Assembly (NCBI GenBank): GCA_017744365.1
Contig: JAGIBL010000001.1
Coordinates: forward strand, 771,416 to 803,415
Direction: 5' to 3'
DNA from: Nocardioidaceae bacterium
GTDB taxonomy: Bacteria > Actinomycetota > Actinomycetes > Propionibacteriales > Nocardioidaceae
DNA: 32,000 nt
Under the pieces are notes generated by a model, which was not told the origin of the DNA, made no database searches, and saw nothing but the letters and a program-made list of their open reading frames with translations. The position numbers and the translations under genes are program-made. How positions within the stretch are numbered: the first letter of the stretch is position 1; each line of letters opens with the position of its first letter. Below, one piece after another: positions 1 through 8,123 of this stretch.

Positions 1-791
1 CCTCCCGCCCGCCCGAGCGGACCGCCACCGACCCGGTGCTCACCGTCACCGGGCTGAGCGCCCCGGGCGTGCTGCGCGACGTCACGCTCGACGTCGCGGC
101 CGGCGAGATCGTCGGCGTCGCGGGGCTCGTCGGCTCCGGGCGTACGTCGCTGCTGCGGGCGCTCGCGGGGCTGACCCCTGGCGCCGTGGGCGCCCTCACC
201 GTCGACGGGCGGGTGACCCGGCTGCCACGCTCGGTCCGGGAGGCGCAGCGCCGCGGCATCGCGCTGGTGCCCGAGGACCGCAAGGGCCAGGGGCTGGTGC
301 TCACCGCCTCGGCGCGGGTCAACATCGGGCTCCCGGACCTGCACCGGTCCGCGCGGGCCGGCTGGCTCAGCGGGCGCCGGCTCACCGACCAGGCGGCCGA
401 GGCGGCGCGCGGATTCGGCTTCGACCCGGCCCGGCTCGGCCAGCCGGTCGGCCAGCTCTCCGGCGGCAACCAGCAGAAGGCGCTGCTGGCCCGCTGGATC
501 TACGCCCGGCCGCGGGTGCTGCTCTGCGACGAGCCCACCCGGGGCATCGACATCGGCGCCAAGGAGCAGATCCTCGCCTCGCTGCGCGAGTTCGCCGGCC
601 AGGGCCTGGCGATCGTGCTCGCCTCCTCGGAGTTCGAGGAGCTCGTCGCGGCCTGCGACCGCGTCGTGGTGCTCTCCCGCGGCCGGATCGTCTCGGTCCA
701 GCGCCCGGGCGACGGCACCGTCACCCCCGCGACGCTGCTGCGCGCCGCGTTCGACCATCAACCCTTCGTGGAGGACTCCCATGTCAGCTGA
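1..791 (+). CDS. Sugar-type (CUT2) ABC transporter ATP-binding protein, C-terminal part; the 5' end lies outside the window
   Basis: The frame is open from the window edge to TGA 789-791. The translation shows the second-domain degenerate Walker A GLVGSGRTS, the ABC signature LSGGNQQK and the Walker B LLCDEPTRGID. The 3' end overlaps the next gene by 11 nt. Confidence 0.9.
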   Translation, partial: SRPPERTATDPVLTVTGLSAPGVLRDVTLDVAAGEIVGVAGLVGSGRTSLLRALAGLTPGAVGALTVDGRVTRLPRSVREAQRRGIALVPEDRKGQGLVLTASARVNIGLPDLHRSARAGWLSGRRLTDQAAEAARGFGFDPARLGQPVGQLSGGNQQKALLARWIYARPRVLLCDEPTRGIDIGAKEQILASLREFAGQGLAIVLASSEFEELVAACDRVVVLSRGRIVSVQRPGDGTVTPATLLRAAFDHQPFVEDSHVS

Positions 792-1821
792 CGGAACGAC
801 CACGCTGGAACGTCCGGTCCCGGCCGCTCGCGAGGACGCCCGCCGCAGCGGTCAGCGGCTGCTCGGCGGCCTGGTGAACTCGCCGCTCACCCGGCTCGGC
901 ACGGTCTGGTTCCTGCTCCTCCTCGTGGTGCTCGCCGGACTGCTGTACCCCGGCTTCTACGACAGCGGGAACCTGCGCAACATCCTGTCCCAGAACGCGC
1001 CGATCGGGCTGATCGCGGTCGGGATGACCTTCGCCATGATCGGCGGCGGCTTCGACCTCTCCGTCGGCGCCGTCGCCGCGGTCTCCTCGGTCACCGTCGC
1101 CAAGCTGACCGCCTCCGTCGGCCTGCCCCAGGCGGTCGGCCTGACCCTGCTGGTCGCCGCCGGGCTCGGCCTGCTCAACGGGCTGCTGGTCACCCGGCTC
1201 TCGATCAACCCGTTCGTGGCGACCCTGGGCACCGCCTCCATCTACTCCGGCGCCGCCTACCTGATCTCCGACTCCCAGCCGATCGTGGTCACCGTGCCGC
1301 ACTTCCAGTGGCTCGGGCAGGGCCTGGTCGGCGGCGTCCCGGTCTCGGTCTGGATCCTGGCCGTCGTGTTCGCGATCGGCGCCCTGGCGCTGTGGGGCAC
1401 GGTCTTCGGGCACTGCACCTACGCCGTCGGCGGCAACCGCGAGGCGGCCCGGCTGGCCGGCATCCGGGTCGACCTGGTCCAGGTCGTCGGCTACGTGGTG
1501 GTCGCGCTGATGGCCGGGCTGGCCGGCGTGCTGCTCACCTCCCGGCTCGGCGTCGGCCAGGCCGACGTGGGCAGCGACATGACCCTGGACGCGATCACCA
1601 TCGTGGTCGTCGGCGGCACCTCCCTGTTCGGCGGCGAGGGCTCGGTCTGGCGCACCGGCGTCGGCCTGCTGCTGCTCGGCGTGATCATCAACGTCGCCGA
1701 CTTCCAGGGCTGGAGCGGCCAGCTCGAGTCCATCCTCAAGGGCTGCGTGCTGCTCACCGCCGTCGGCCTCGACGTGCTCACCCGCCGGCTGCGCGCCCGG
1801 GCCGGCGCGGCCTCGACCTGA
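781..1821 (+). CDS. Monosaccharide-type ABC transporter permease (RbsC/AraH-like)
   Basis: The 346-aa protein is strongly hydrophobic and multi-spanning. It has the GGFDLSVGA motif and the YAVGGNREAARLAGI loop typical of this permease family. It is coupled to the upstream ATPase. Confidence 0.9.
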   Translation: MSADGTTTLERPVPAAREDARRSGQRLLGGLVNSPLTRLGTVWFLLLLVVLAGLLYPGFYDSGNLRNILSQNAPIGLIAVGMTFAMIGGGFDLSVGAVAAVSSVTVAKLTASVGLPQAVGLTLLVAAGLGLLNGLLVTRLSINPFVATLGTASIYSGAAYLISDSQPIVVTVPHFQWLGQGLVGGVPVSVWILAVVFAIGALALWGTVFGHCTYAVGGNREAARLAGIRVDLVQVVGYVVVALMAGLAGVLLTSRLGVGQADVGSDMTLDAITIVVVGGTSLFGGEGSVWRTGVGLLLLGVIINVADFQGWSGQLESILKGCVLLTAVGLDVLTRRLRARAGAAST

Positions 1822-1854
1822 CCATCCCCACCCACCGAGAGCGAAGAGAGACTC

Positions 1855-2751
1855 ATGAGCAGCTACCCCGTCGGCAGCGTCACCGTCACCGCGATCAAGG
1901 AGCTGGAGCGCTGGCGGTTCCCGTCCAACCACCTCTACCCGGACCTGACCGAGGAGGCCTTCCAGCTCGCCTGCGACACCTGGGGCGAGGAGGTCACCGA
2001 CCGCGACAGCCACGAGTTGATGCTGGACATCACCTGCTACCTGGTCGAGGCGCCCGGCCGGACGATCCTGGTCGACGCCGGCAACGGCAACGACAAGTGC
2101 CGCCCGGTGATGACCGCGCACCACATGTTCGAGACCGACTTCCTGGACCGGCTCGCCGCGGCCGGGGTCAAGCCCGACGCGGTCGACCTGGTCGTCTCCA
2201 CCCACCTGCACCAGGACCACTGCGGCTGGAACACCCAGCTCGTCGACGGCGCCTGGCAGGTCACCTTCCCGAACGCCGAGCACCTCTTCTCCGCCCGCGA
2301 GCTCGCCCACGTGGCGTCGTACGGGCGCGGCGCGGCGGAGGGCACCCTCGAGCACGACTTCTTCCGCACCTACGAGGACACCGTCGAGCCGGTACTGCTG
2401 GCCGGCCTCGGGCGCACCTTCGAAGACCGCGCCCTGCTGTACGACGACGGCGTCACCACTGTCGCGGCCGAGGTCGTGGGCGGGCACACCCCGGGCCACC
2501 TGGTGGTCACGATCGAGTCCGCGGCCGGCCGCGCGGTGATCAGCGGCGACGTGATCCACCACCCGCTCCAGCTCGCCGACCTGGACCTGCCCCAGGTCGG
2601 CGACGTGGACCCGGCGCGCGCCGCCGCGGTGCGCACCGAGCTGGTCCGCGGCTGCCGGGAGCGGAACACGCTGCTGTTCACCGCGCACTTCCCGCGTCCC
2701 TGCCGGCTCGCCGGCGACGGCTCCGGCGGCACCACCCTGACCTGGGCCTGA
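1855..2751 (+). CDS. MBL-fold metallo-hydrolase
   Basis: The 298-aa protein carries the HxHxDH motif as STHLHQDHCG and later GHTPGH and H/D ligands. The substrate cannot be called. Confidence 0.85.
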   Translation: MSSYPVGSVTVTAIKELERWRFPSNHLYPDLTEEAFQLACDTWGEEVTDRDSHELMLDITCYLVEAPGRTILVDAGNGNDKCRPVMTAHHMFETDFLDRLAAAGVKPDAVDLVVSTHLHQDHCGWNTQLVDGAWQVTFPNAEHLFSARELAHVASYGRGAAEGTLEHDFFRTYEDTVEPVLLAGLGRTFEDRALLYDDGVTTVAAEVVGGHTPGHLVVTIESAAGRAVISGDVIHHPLQLADLDLPQVGDVDPARAAAVRTELVRGCRERNTLLFTAHFPRPCRLAGDGSGGTTLTWA

Positions 2752-2773
2752 GGCCACGGAGGAGGAGAGAGCG

Positions 2774-3691
2774 ATGACCCTGCACCCCGAGGCACGGGCC
2801 CTGCTGGACGCGTTCGCGTCGGTGCCGCCGATCGACTACGACACCATCACCGCGGCCGAGTTCCGGCAGATCTTCGTCCCGCCGCCGCCGGCGCCGGTCC
2901 CGCTGCACGAGGTCACCGACCGGGACCTGCCCACCGCCACCGGGCCGCTCCGGGTGCGGGTCTACCGGCCCGGCCCCGAGGCCGGCCTGCCGGTGACGGC
3001 GTACTTCCACGGCGGCGGATTCGTCATCGGCGACCTGGACATGACCGACGCGATCTGCCGCACCCTGGCCGCCGAGGCGGGCAGCCTGGTCGTCTCGGTG
3101 GACTACCGGCTCGCCCCGGAGGCGCCGTACCCGGCCGGTCTCGACGACTGCCAGGCGGCTGTCGACTGGCTGGCCCGGCACGCCGAGACCCTCGGCGGCG
3201 ACAGCGCCCGACTGGCCGTGGCCGGAGACAGCTCGGGCGGCAACTTCGCCGCGGCGATCGCCCAGCAGTGTGCCCGCGACGGCGTCGCCCTGGCCCACCA
3301 GGTGCTGCTCTACCCGGTGCTCGACCACGAGTTCGGCACGCCGACGTACGAGGCCTACGCGGAGGGCTACCTGCTCACTCGCGACCTGATGCGGTGGTAC
3401 TACCGGCAGTACCTGGCCGGCGGGGGAGACGGCCGCGACCCGCGGGTCTCGCCGCGCCGTGCGGTGCACCTGGCCGAGGTCGCGCCGGCGAGCATCCACA
3501 CCGCCGAGTACGACCCGCTGCGCGCGGAGGCCGAGGGCTACGCCGACGCGCTCGAGGCCGAGGGCGTCCCGGTCGCGCTGCGGCAGTGGCCGGGCCAGCT
3601 GCACGGGTTCCTGCTCCAGGTGGGCAGCAACGACGCCGCCGCCGAGGTCCTCCAGGAGGTGGGCCAGGCGCTGCGGCGGGCCTTCGGCTGA
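2774..3691 (+). CDS. Alpha/beta hydrolase, hormone-sensitive-lipase-type esterase
   Basis: It has the HGGGF oxyanion motif and the GDSSGG nucleophile elbow, with distal D and H (QLHGF). SD GGAGGAGGAGAG lies at 2758-2769. Confidence 0.9.
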   Translation: MTLHPEARALLDAFASVPPIDYDTITAAEFRQIFVPPPPAPVPLHEVTDRDLPTATGPLRVRVYRPGPEAGLPVTAYFHGGGFVIGDLDMTDAICRTLAAEAGSLVVSVDYRLAPEAPYPAGLDDCQAAVDWLARHAETLGGDSARLAVAGDSSGGNFAAAIAQQCARDGVALAHQVLLYPVLDHEFGTPTYEAYAEGYLLTRDLMRWYYRQYLAGGGDGRDPRVSPRRAVHLAEVAPASIHTAEYDPLRAEAEGYADALEAEGVPVALRQWPGQLHGFLLQVGSNDAAAEVLQEVGQALRRAFG

Positions 3692-4464
3692 TGGACGGCG
3701 CCGCTGATCTCGGGGCCGGACCGCTCGGGGCCTGCCTGCGCCGCCAGCGCGAGCGGGTCTCGCCCGCGCTGGTCGGCTCGCCGCGCGCCGGACCACGACG
3801 CCGGGCGGGGCTGCGCCGCAGCGAGGTCGCCGAGCTGGCCGGCATCTCCGAGGGCTACTACGCCAGCATCGAGCAGGGCCGCAGCATCCCGTCCGCCGCC
3901 GTGGTCGAGGTCCTCGTCAACGTGCTGCGCTTCGACCCCGACGAGCGAGCCGCGTTGCTCGCCGCGGTCGACGAGGAGATCATCCGACGCGCCCAGGGAC
4001 GCCGGTCCGCACCGGCGCCCCTGGGCGTTCGCGGTCCCGCGTTCGCCGTCGACCTCGACGGCCGGGTGCTCGCCTGGAACGGCCTGGCCGGGCTGCTGCT
4101 CTGCGACCTGTCCGGCATCGCCGCCCCGGACCGGACCCTGCCGCGACTCCTCGCCGGCGGGCTGGCGGAGCGGCTCGACGACGTGGCCGCCCTGCTCCGT
4201 GCCGGCGCGGACGCGCTCGGCGGACGTCGGCTCGACCGGCTGCTCGGCACCCTGCTGCGCACCGTCCCGGGGTTCGGCCCGGCCTGGGCGGCGGCGAACC
4301 CGAGGGCCGAGGTCTGGCGCGCCTTCCCGTACGGCGACGCCGCCGAGGTTGTGCTGCGCCGGGCCCCGATCGCGGTCGCTCCCGGAGCCGCGTCGCTGTC
4401 CCTGAGCTACGAACCGGCCGGCTCCGAGCTCGCCGAACGAGCGCTCACGCGGCTGGGCCGTTGA
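3691..4464 (+). CDS. XRE-family / MmyB-like transcriptional regulator
   Basis: ATG 3691 overlaps the esterase stop (TGATG). The N-terminus LRRSEVAELAGISEGYYASIEQGR is the MmyB-type HTH signature. The upstream part of ORF 3268..4464 overlaps the esterase in another frame and is Arg/Pro-rich, so I rejected it. Confidence 0.7.
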   Translation: MDGAADLGAGPLGACLRRQRERVSPALVGSPRAGPRRRAGLRRSEVAELAGISEGYYASIEQGRSIPSAAVVEVLVNVLRFDPDERAALLAAVDEEIIRRAQGRRSAPAPLGVRGPAFAVDLDGRVLAWNGLAGLLLCDLSGIAAPDRTLPRLLAGGLAERLDDVAALLRAGADALGGRRLDRLLGTLLRTVPGFGPAWAAANPRAEVWRAFPYGDAAEVVLRRAPIAVAPGAASLSLSYEPAGSELAERALTRLGR

Positions 4465-4467
4465 GCG

Positions 4468-5310
4468 TCAGGCGGTGACGCTGCGGACCGCCGGCAGGTC
4501 CATCGCGGCCAGCCGCTGGAGCTTGGCGTAGGCCTCGGAGTCGGGGGCGGCGGCGTAGACGACGAGCATGTGCTGCTCCTGCCCGGCCACCAGGAACGTC
4601 TCGTACTGCAGCTCGAGCGTGCCGACCAGCGGGTGCGCGAACTCCTTGGCGCCGTGGGTCTTCTCGTGCACCAGGTGCGAGGACCAGAGCTCCTCGAACT
4701 CGGGGCTGCGGCCGCGCAGGTCGCGCACCAGCGCGACCAGGTCGTCCTCGAGCGGCGGGCGCTGGGCGGCCAGCCGCAGGATGCCCACCGTGTCGCGGGC
4801 CGCGCGTTCCCAGTCCACGTGCAAGGTGCGCGCGGCCGGCTCCAGGAAGATGTGCCGGGCCAGGTTCCGCTCGTGGGGTGCCTGCCGGTCGAAGTCGGTG
4901 AGCAGCCGGGACGCCAGGTGGTTGTGCGCCAGCACGAACAGGCCGCGGTTGACCAGCACCGCAGGCAGCGTGCCGATCGCGTCGACCACCGCCTCCAGCC
5001 CGACCCGCAGCGGCGCCGCCTCGGTCGGGCGCAGCGCGCTGGCCGGCTGGGCGAGGTCGCGCAGGTGCGCGGCCTGGGCGCTGTCCAGGCGCAGGGCCCG
5101 GGCGATGCCCTTGAGCACCGAGTCCGACGGGTTCGCCCGGCCCTGCTCGAGCCGGACGTAGTACTCGGTGCTCAGCCCGACCAGCTGGGCGATCTCGGAG
5201 CGGCGCAGGCCGGCGACCCGGCGACGCCCGGTCATCGGCAGGCCGACGTCCTCGGGGCCGGCGGTCGCTCGCAGCGCCTTGAGGTAGGCGCCGAACTCGG
5301 TGCTGCTCAT
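4468..5310 (-). CDS. MmyB-like XRE-family transcriptional regulator
   Basis: The 280-aa protein has the N-terminal FGAYLKALR...GLRRSEIAQLVGLSTEYYVRLEQGR HTH and a C-terminal ligand-binding-type domain. It is divergent from the AKR operon. Confidence 0.9.
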   Translation of the reverse strand: MSSTEFGAYLKALRATAGPEDVGLPMTGRRRVAGLRRSEIAQLVGLSTEYYVRLEQGRANPSDSVLKGIARALRLDSAQAAHLRDLAQPASALRPTEAAPLRVGLEAVVDAIGTLPAVLVNRGLFVLAHNHLASRLLTDFDRQAPHERNLARHIFLEPAARTLHVDWERAARDTVGILRLAAQRPPLEDDLVALVRDLRGRSPEFEELWSSHLVHEKTHGAKEFAHPLVGTLELQYETFLVAGQEQHMLVVYAAAPDSEAYAKLQRLAAMDLPAVRSVTA

Positions 5311-5361
5311 GCTCGGATGCTAGGTCGGCTCCACGCCCGGGTCCACGCCTGCGCGGCCGCG

Positions 5362-5394
5362 ACCCTGGCCCAGCCAGGACCACCCTGGCCAGGG
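5362..5394. promoter_or_regulatory. Paired palindromes in the MmyB-regulator / AKR divergent region
   Basis: ACCCTGGCC is repeated at 5362-5370 and 5382-5390. CCTGG-cccag-CCAGG lies at 5364-5378. A perfect 12-bp palindrome CCCTGGCCAGGG lies at 5383-5394. Confidence 0.3.
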
Positions 5395-5485
5395 GTGGGG
5401 CCGGTTGAGCAGTCCCTCGCGCGCTCGCGCACGCCTACGTTCGTGGCGCGGCCGCACCCGGCGTCCGCTCGACGAACGGAACAGC

Positions 5486-6478
5486 ATGGAGTCACGAACG
5501 ATCGGGCCCGCCGGCCTGACCGTGTCGGCAGTCGGCCTCGGCTGCATGGGGATGAGCGCGTTCTACGGGCCGCGCGACGACGCCGAGTCCACCGCCACCA
5601 TCCGGCGCGCCCTCGACCTCGGGGTCAGCCTGCTCGACACCGCCGACCTGTACGGCCCCTGGACCAACGAGCGGCTGCTCGGCCGGGCGGTCGCGGGCCG
5701 CCGCGACGAGGTGGTGATCGCGACCAAGTGCGGCCAGGAGATCGACGAGCACGGCTCCTGGACCCGGCGGATGAACGGGCGGCCCGACTACGTACGACGT
5801 TGCGTGGACGGCTCGCTGGAACGCCTCGGCGTCGAGACCATCGACCTGTTCTACCTGCACCGGGTCGACCCGGACGTACCGGTCGAGGAGTCCTTCGGCG
5901 CCCTGGGCGAGGCGGTCGCGGCCGGCAAGGTCCGCGCCCTCGGCATCTGCGAGGCTGCCCCGGACACGATCCGGCGCGCGCACGCCATCGCGCCGCTGTC
6001 CGCGGTGCAGACCGAGTACTCGCTGTTCACCCGGGACGTCGAGCACAACGGCGTCCTCGACGTCTGCGCCGAGCTCGGCATCGGCTTCGTCGGCTACGCA
6101 CCGCTGGGCCGGGGCGTGCTGACCGGGCGACTGGGCTCGCTGGACGGTCTCGCCGACGACGACATCCGCCGGGCCTCGCCCCGGTTCCAGGCCGAGAACC
6201 TGGGCCGCAACCTCGCCGTGGTCGAGGAGGTCGGCCGGCTGGCCACCAGCCTCGGCGCCACCCCCGGTCAGCTCGCGCTCGCCTGGCTGCTGGCCCGCGG
6301 GCCCTCGGTGGTGGCCATTCCCGGCACCCGGCGGATCGGCTACCTCGAGGAGAACGCCGCCGCCGCGGACCTGCGTCTCGGCGTCGCCGAGCTGGCCCGC
6401 CTCGACGAGCTCGCCCCGCCCGGTGTCGCCGCCGGGCAGCGCTACACCGACGACTTCCTGCGTACCACGTACCGATGA
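5486..6478 (+). CDS. Aldo/keto reductase
   Basis: It starts at MESRTIGPAGLTVSAVGLGCMGMS and has DTADLYGPW, IDLFYLHRVD and IPGTRR motifs. The earlier ATG at 5405 adds an Arg-rich non-protein-like leader. Confidence 0.9.
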   Translation: MESRTIGPAGLTVSAVGLGCMGMSAFYGPRDDAESTATIRRALDLGVSLLDTADLYGPWTNERLLGRAVAGRRDEVVIATKCGQEIDEHGSWTRRMNGRPDYVRRCVDGSLERLGVETIDLFYLHRVDPDVPVEESFGALGEAVAAGKVRALGICEAAPDTIRRAHAIAPLSAVQTEYSLFTRDVEHNGVLDVCAELGIGFVGYAPLGRGVLTGRLGSLDGLADDDIRRASPRFQAENLGRNLAVVEEVGRLATSLGATPGQLALAWLLARGPSVVAIPGTRRIGYLEENAAAADLRLGVAELARLDELAPPGVAAGQRYTDDFLRTTYR

Positions 6479-7503
6479 GTCCCGAAGGAGAAGTGAGAGT
6501 GCTCGACGTCCACCAGTTCATCAACGGCGCGGACAGCTACGAGGCCGACGTGCTCGACGGGTTCGCCCGCGCGCACGCCGGCCTGGTCCGCTGGAACCGG
6601 GCGCCGTCGTACGTCGTACGCCGGAACCCGGCGCCGGACAAGGTCGCGCTGGTCTCCGGCGGCGGCTCCGGTCACGAGCCGCTGCACTCGGGCTTCGTCG
6701 GCGATGGGATGCTCGACGCCGCGGTGCCCGGGCACGTGTTCACCAGCCCCACCCCGGAGCAGGTCATCGCCGCCACGAAGGCTGTCGCCGGGGACGCCGG
6801 GGCGCTGCTGGTGGTGAAGAACTACACCGGCGACCTCATCAACTTCCGGCTCGCCGCGGAGATCCTGGACGCGTCCGGGGTCCGGGTGCGCTCGGTCGTG
6901 GTCGACGACGACCTGGCCACCGAGACCGACGGCGACGGCGACCCCGGCCGTCGCGGCACCGCCGCCACCCTGGTGGTGGAGAAGGTCTGCGGCGCGGCCG
7001 CCGAGCGCGGCGCCACCCTCGACGAGGTCGCCGACCTGGCCACGCGGGTGGTCGCCCGCAGCCGCAGCCTGGCGGTCTCGTTCAGCGGTGCCCAGCTGCC
7101 CGGCTCCAGCATCCGTTCCTTCGAGGTGCCCGCGGACGAGGTGGAGTTCGGCGTGGGCATCCACGGTGAGCGCGGCACCGCCCGGCATCCGCTGCGGCCG
7201 GTGCGCGAGCTGGTCGCCGAGCTGACCGCGAGGATCTCCGGCGCGCTCGATCTGGCCTCCGGCCACCGGGTGGTCGCGGTGGTCAACGGTCTCGGTGCCA
7301 CCCCGGCCGCCGAGCTCTACCTCGCGTACGGCGAGCTGGCCGGCTGCCTCGAGCGGGCCGGCGTGCGGCTGGCCCGCGGGCTGGTCGGCACCTACGTCAC
7401 CGCCCTGGACATGCGCGGCCTCTCGGTCACCCTGACGGTGGCCGACGAGGAGATCCTGGCGCTGTGGGACGACCCGGTCCGGACGGCGGCGCTGGCATGG
7501 TGA
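6475..7503 (+). CDS. dhaK: Dihydroxyacetone-kinase-type kinase, substrate-binding subunit DhaK
   Basis: It has the VSGGGSGHEP motif, KNYTGD and GVGIHGERG (covalent-His region). ATG 6475 overlaps the AKR stop (ATGA). An alternative start is GTG 6499, 8 nt after GGAG 6487-6490. This is only the last third of the 977-aa track ORF 4570..7503. Confidence 0.85.
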   Translation: MSPEGEVRVLDVHQFINGADSYEADVLDGFARAHAGLVRWNRAPSYVVRRNPAPDKVALVSGGGSGHEPLHSGFVGDGMLDAAVPGHVFTSPTPEQVIAATKAVAGDAGALLVVKNYTGDLINFRLAAEILDASGVRVRSVVVDDDLATETDGDGDPGRRGTAATLVVEKVCGAAAERGATLDEVADLATRVVARSRSLAVSFSGAQLPGSSIRSFEVPADEVEFGVGIHGERGTARHPLRPVRELVAELTARISGALDLASGHRVVAVVNGLGATPAAELYLAYGELAGCLERAGVRLARGLVGTYVTALDMRGLSVTLTVADEEILALWDDPVRTAALAW

Positions 7504-8123
7504 CCCCGGTGCTCACCGCTGCCCAGGCGCACGACTGGATCGTGGCCTTCCGCGACGTGGTGGTCGCGAACGCCGCCGAGCTCTCCGACCTCGACCGGCA
7601 GTCCGGCGACGGCGACTTCGGCACCAACATCACCACGGTGCTGAACGCGGTCGGCGGCCGGCTCGACCCGGGCGAGGACCGCGTCGCGGGGCACTTCGCG
7701 GTGCTGGCCTCGGGGTTCATGAACGGCGGCGGCACCAGCGGTCCGCTGTTCGCGATCTGGTTCCAGGGCTTCGCCGAGGCCTGCTCGACCGGAGCCTCCG
7801 CGGCCCAGCTCGCCGACGGCGCCGAGGCCGGCCTCGCCGGGGTCAGCCGGCTCGGCGGCGCCAAGCCGGGGGACAAGACCATGGTGGACGCGATGAGCCC
7901 GGCCGCGAAGGCGCTCCGGGTCGCGGCCGATCAGCTCGCCGTCCCCGAGGTCGCGCTGGCCGACGCCGCTCAGGCCGCAAGGACCGGGGCGACCGTGACC
8001 GCCTCGTACTCGGCGCGCCGCGGCCGGGCCAGCTACGTGGGCGCGGCCGCCCAGGGGGTGGTCGACCCGGGGGCGCTGGCGGTGGCGCTGTTCTTCGAGT
8101 CGGCCGCCGGTGCCGTCCGATGA
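7497..8123 (+). CDS. dhaL: Dihydroxyacetone-kinase-type kinase, ADP-binding subunit DhaL
   Basis: It has LSDLDRQSGDGDFGTN (DhaL nucleotide/Mg site), GGTSGPLF and GDKTMVDA. The start overlaps the dhaK stop. Confidence 0.85.
   Translation: MVTPVLTAAQAHDWIVAFRDVVVANAAELSDLDRQSGDGDFGTNITTVLNAVGGRLDPGEDRVAGHFAVLASGFMNGGGTSGPLFAIWFQGFAEACSTGASAAQLADGAEAGLAGVSRLGGAKPGDKTMVDAMSPAAKALRVAADQLAVPEVALADAAQAARTGATVTASYSARRGRASYVGAAAQGVVDPGALAVALFFESAAGAVR

Noticed and set aside
784-2757. A 657-aa minus-strand ORF antisense to the permease and MBL genes. Similar long antisense or off-frame ORFs occur at 10688..12913 (-), 14390..15781 (-), 20308..21894 (-), 26344..27741 (-), 27674..29269 (-), 1308..2777 (+) and 20448..21890 (+).
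   Set aside because: The translations are Arg/Pro/Gly/Ala/Asp-rich low-complexity strings with no recognisable motifs. Such stop-free shadow frames are expected in very GC-rich DNA. Each is fully covered by an ORF in another frame or on the other strand that has clear family motifs.
5405-5485. An earlier ATG (5405) for the aldo/keto reductase
   Set aside because: It adds 27 Arg/Ser-rich residues that are not AKR-like. AKR N-termini normally begin a few residues before the G.G.M motif, which fits ATG 5486.
4570-7503. A 977-aa + strand ORF that could be read as one giant protein
   Set aside because: Only the last ~340 codons (from 6475 or 6499) are protein-like, and they are DhaK. The upstream part is antisense to the MmyB regulator and out of frame with the AKR gene, and it is Arg/Pro/Gly-rich. 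The same reasoning trimmed the long track ORFs 13577..15973, 14281..16965, 16146..17867, 17321..18622, 22608..24212, 23360..24832, 25199..26509, 26931..28412, 28010..29305, 28369..29979 and 30610..31878 down to their 3' portions.
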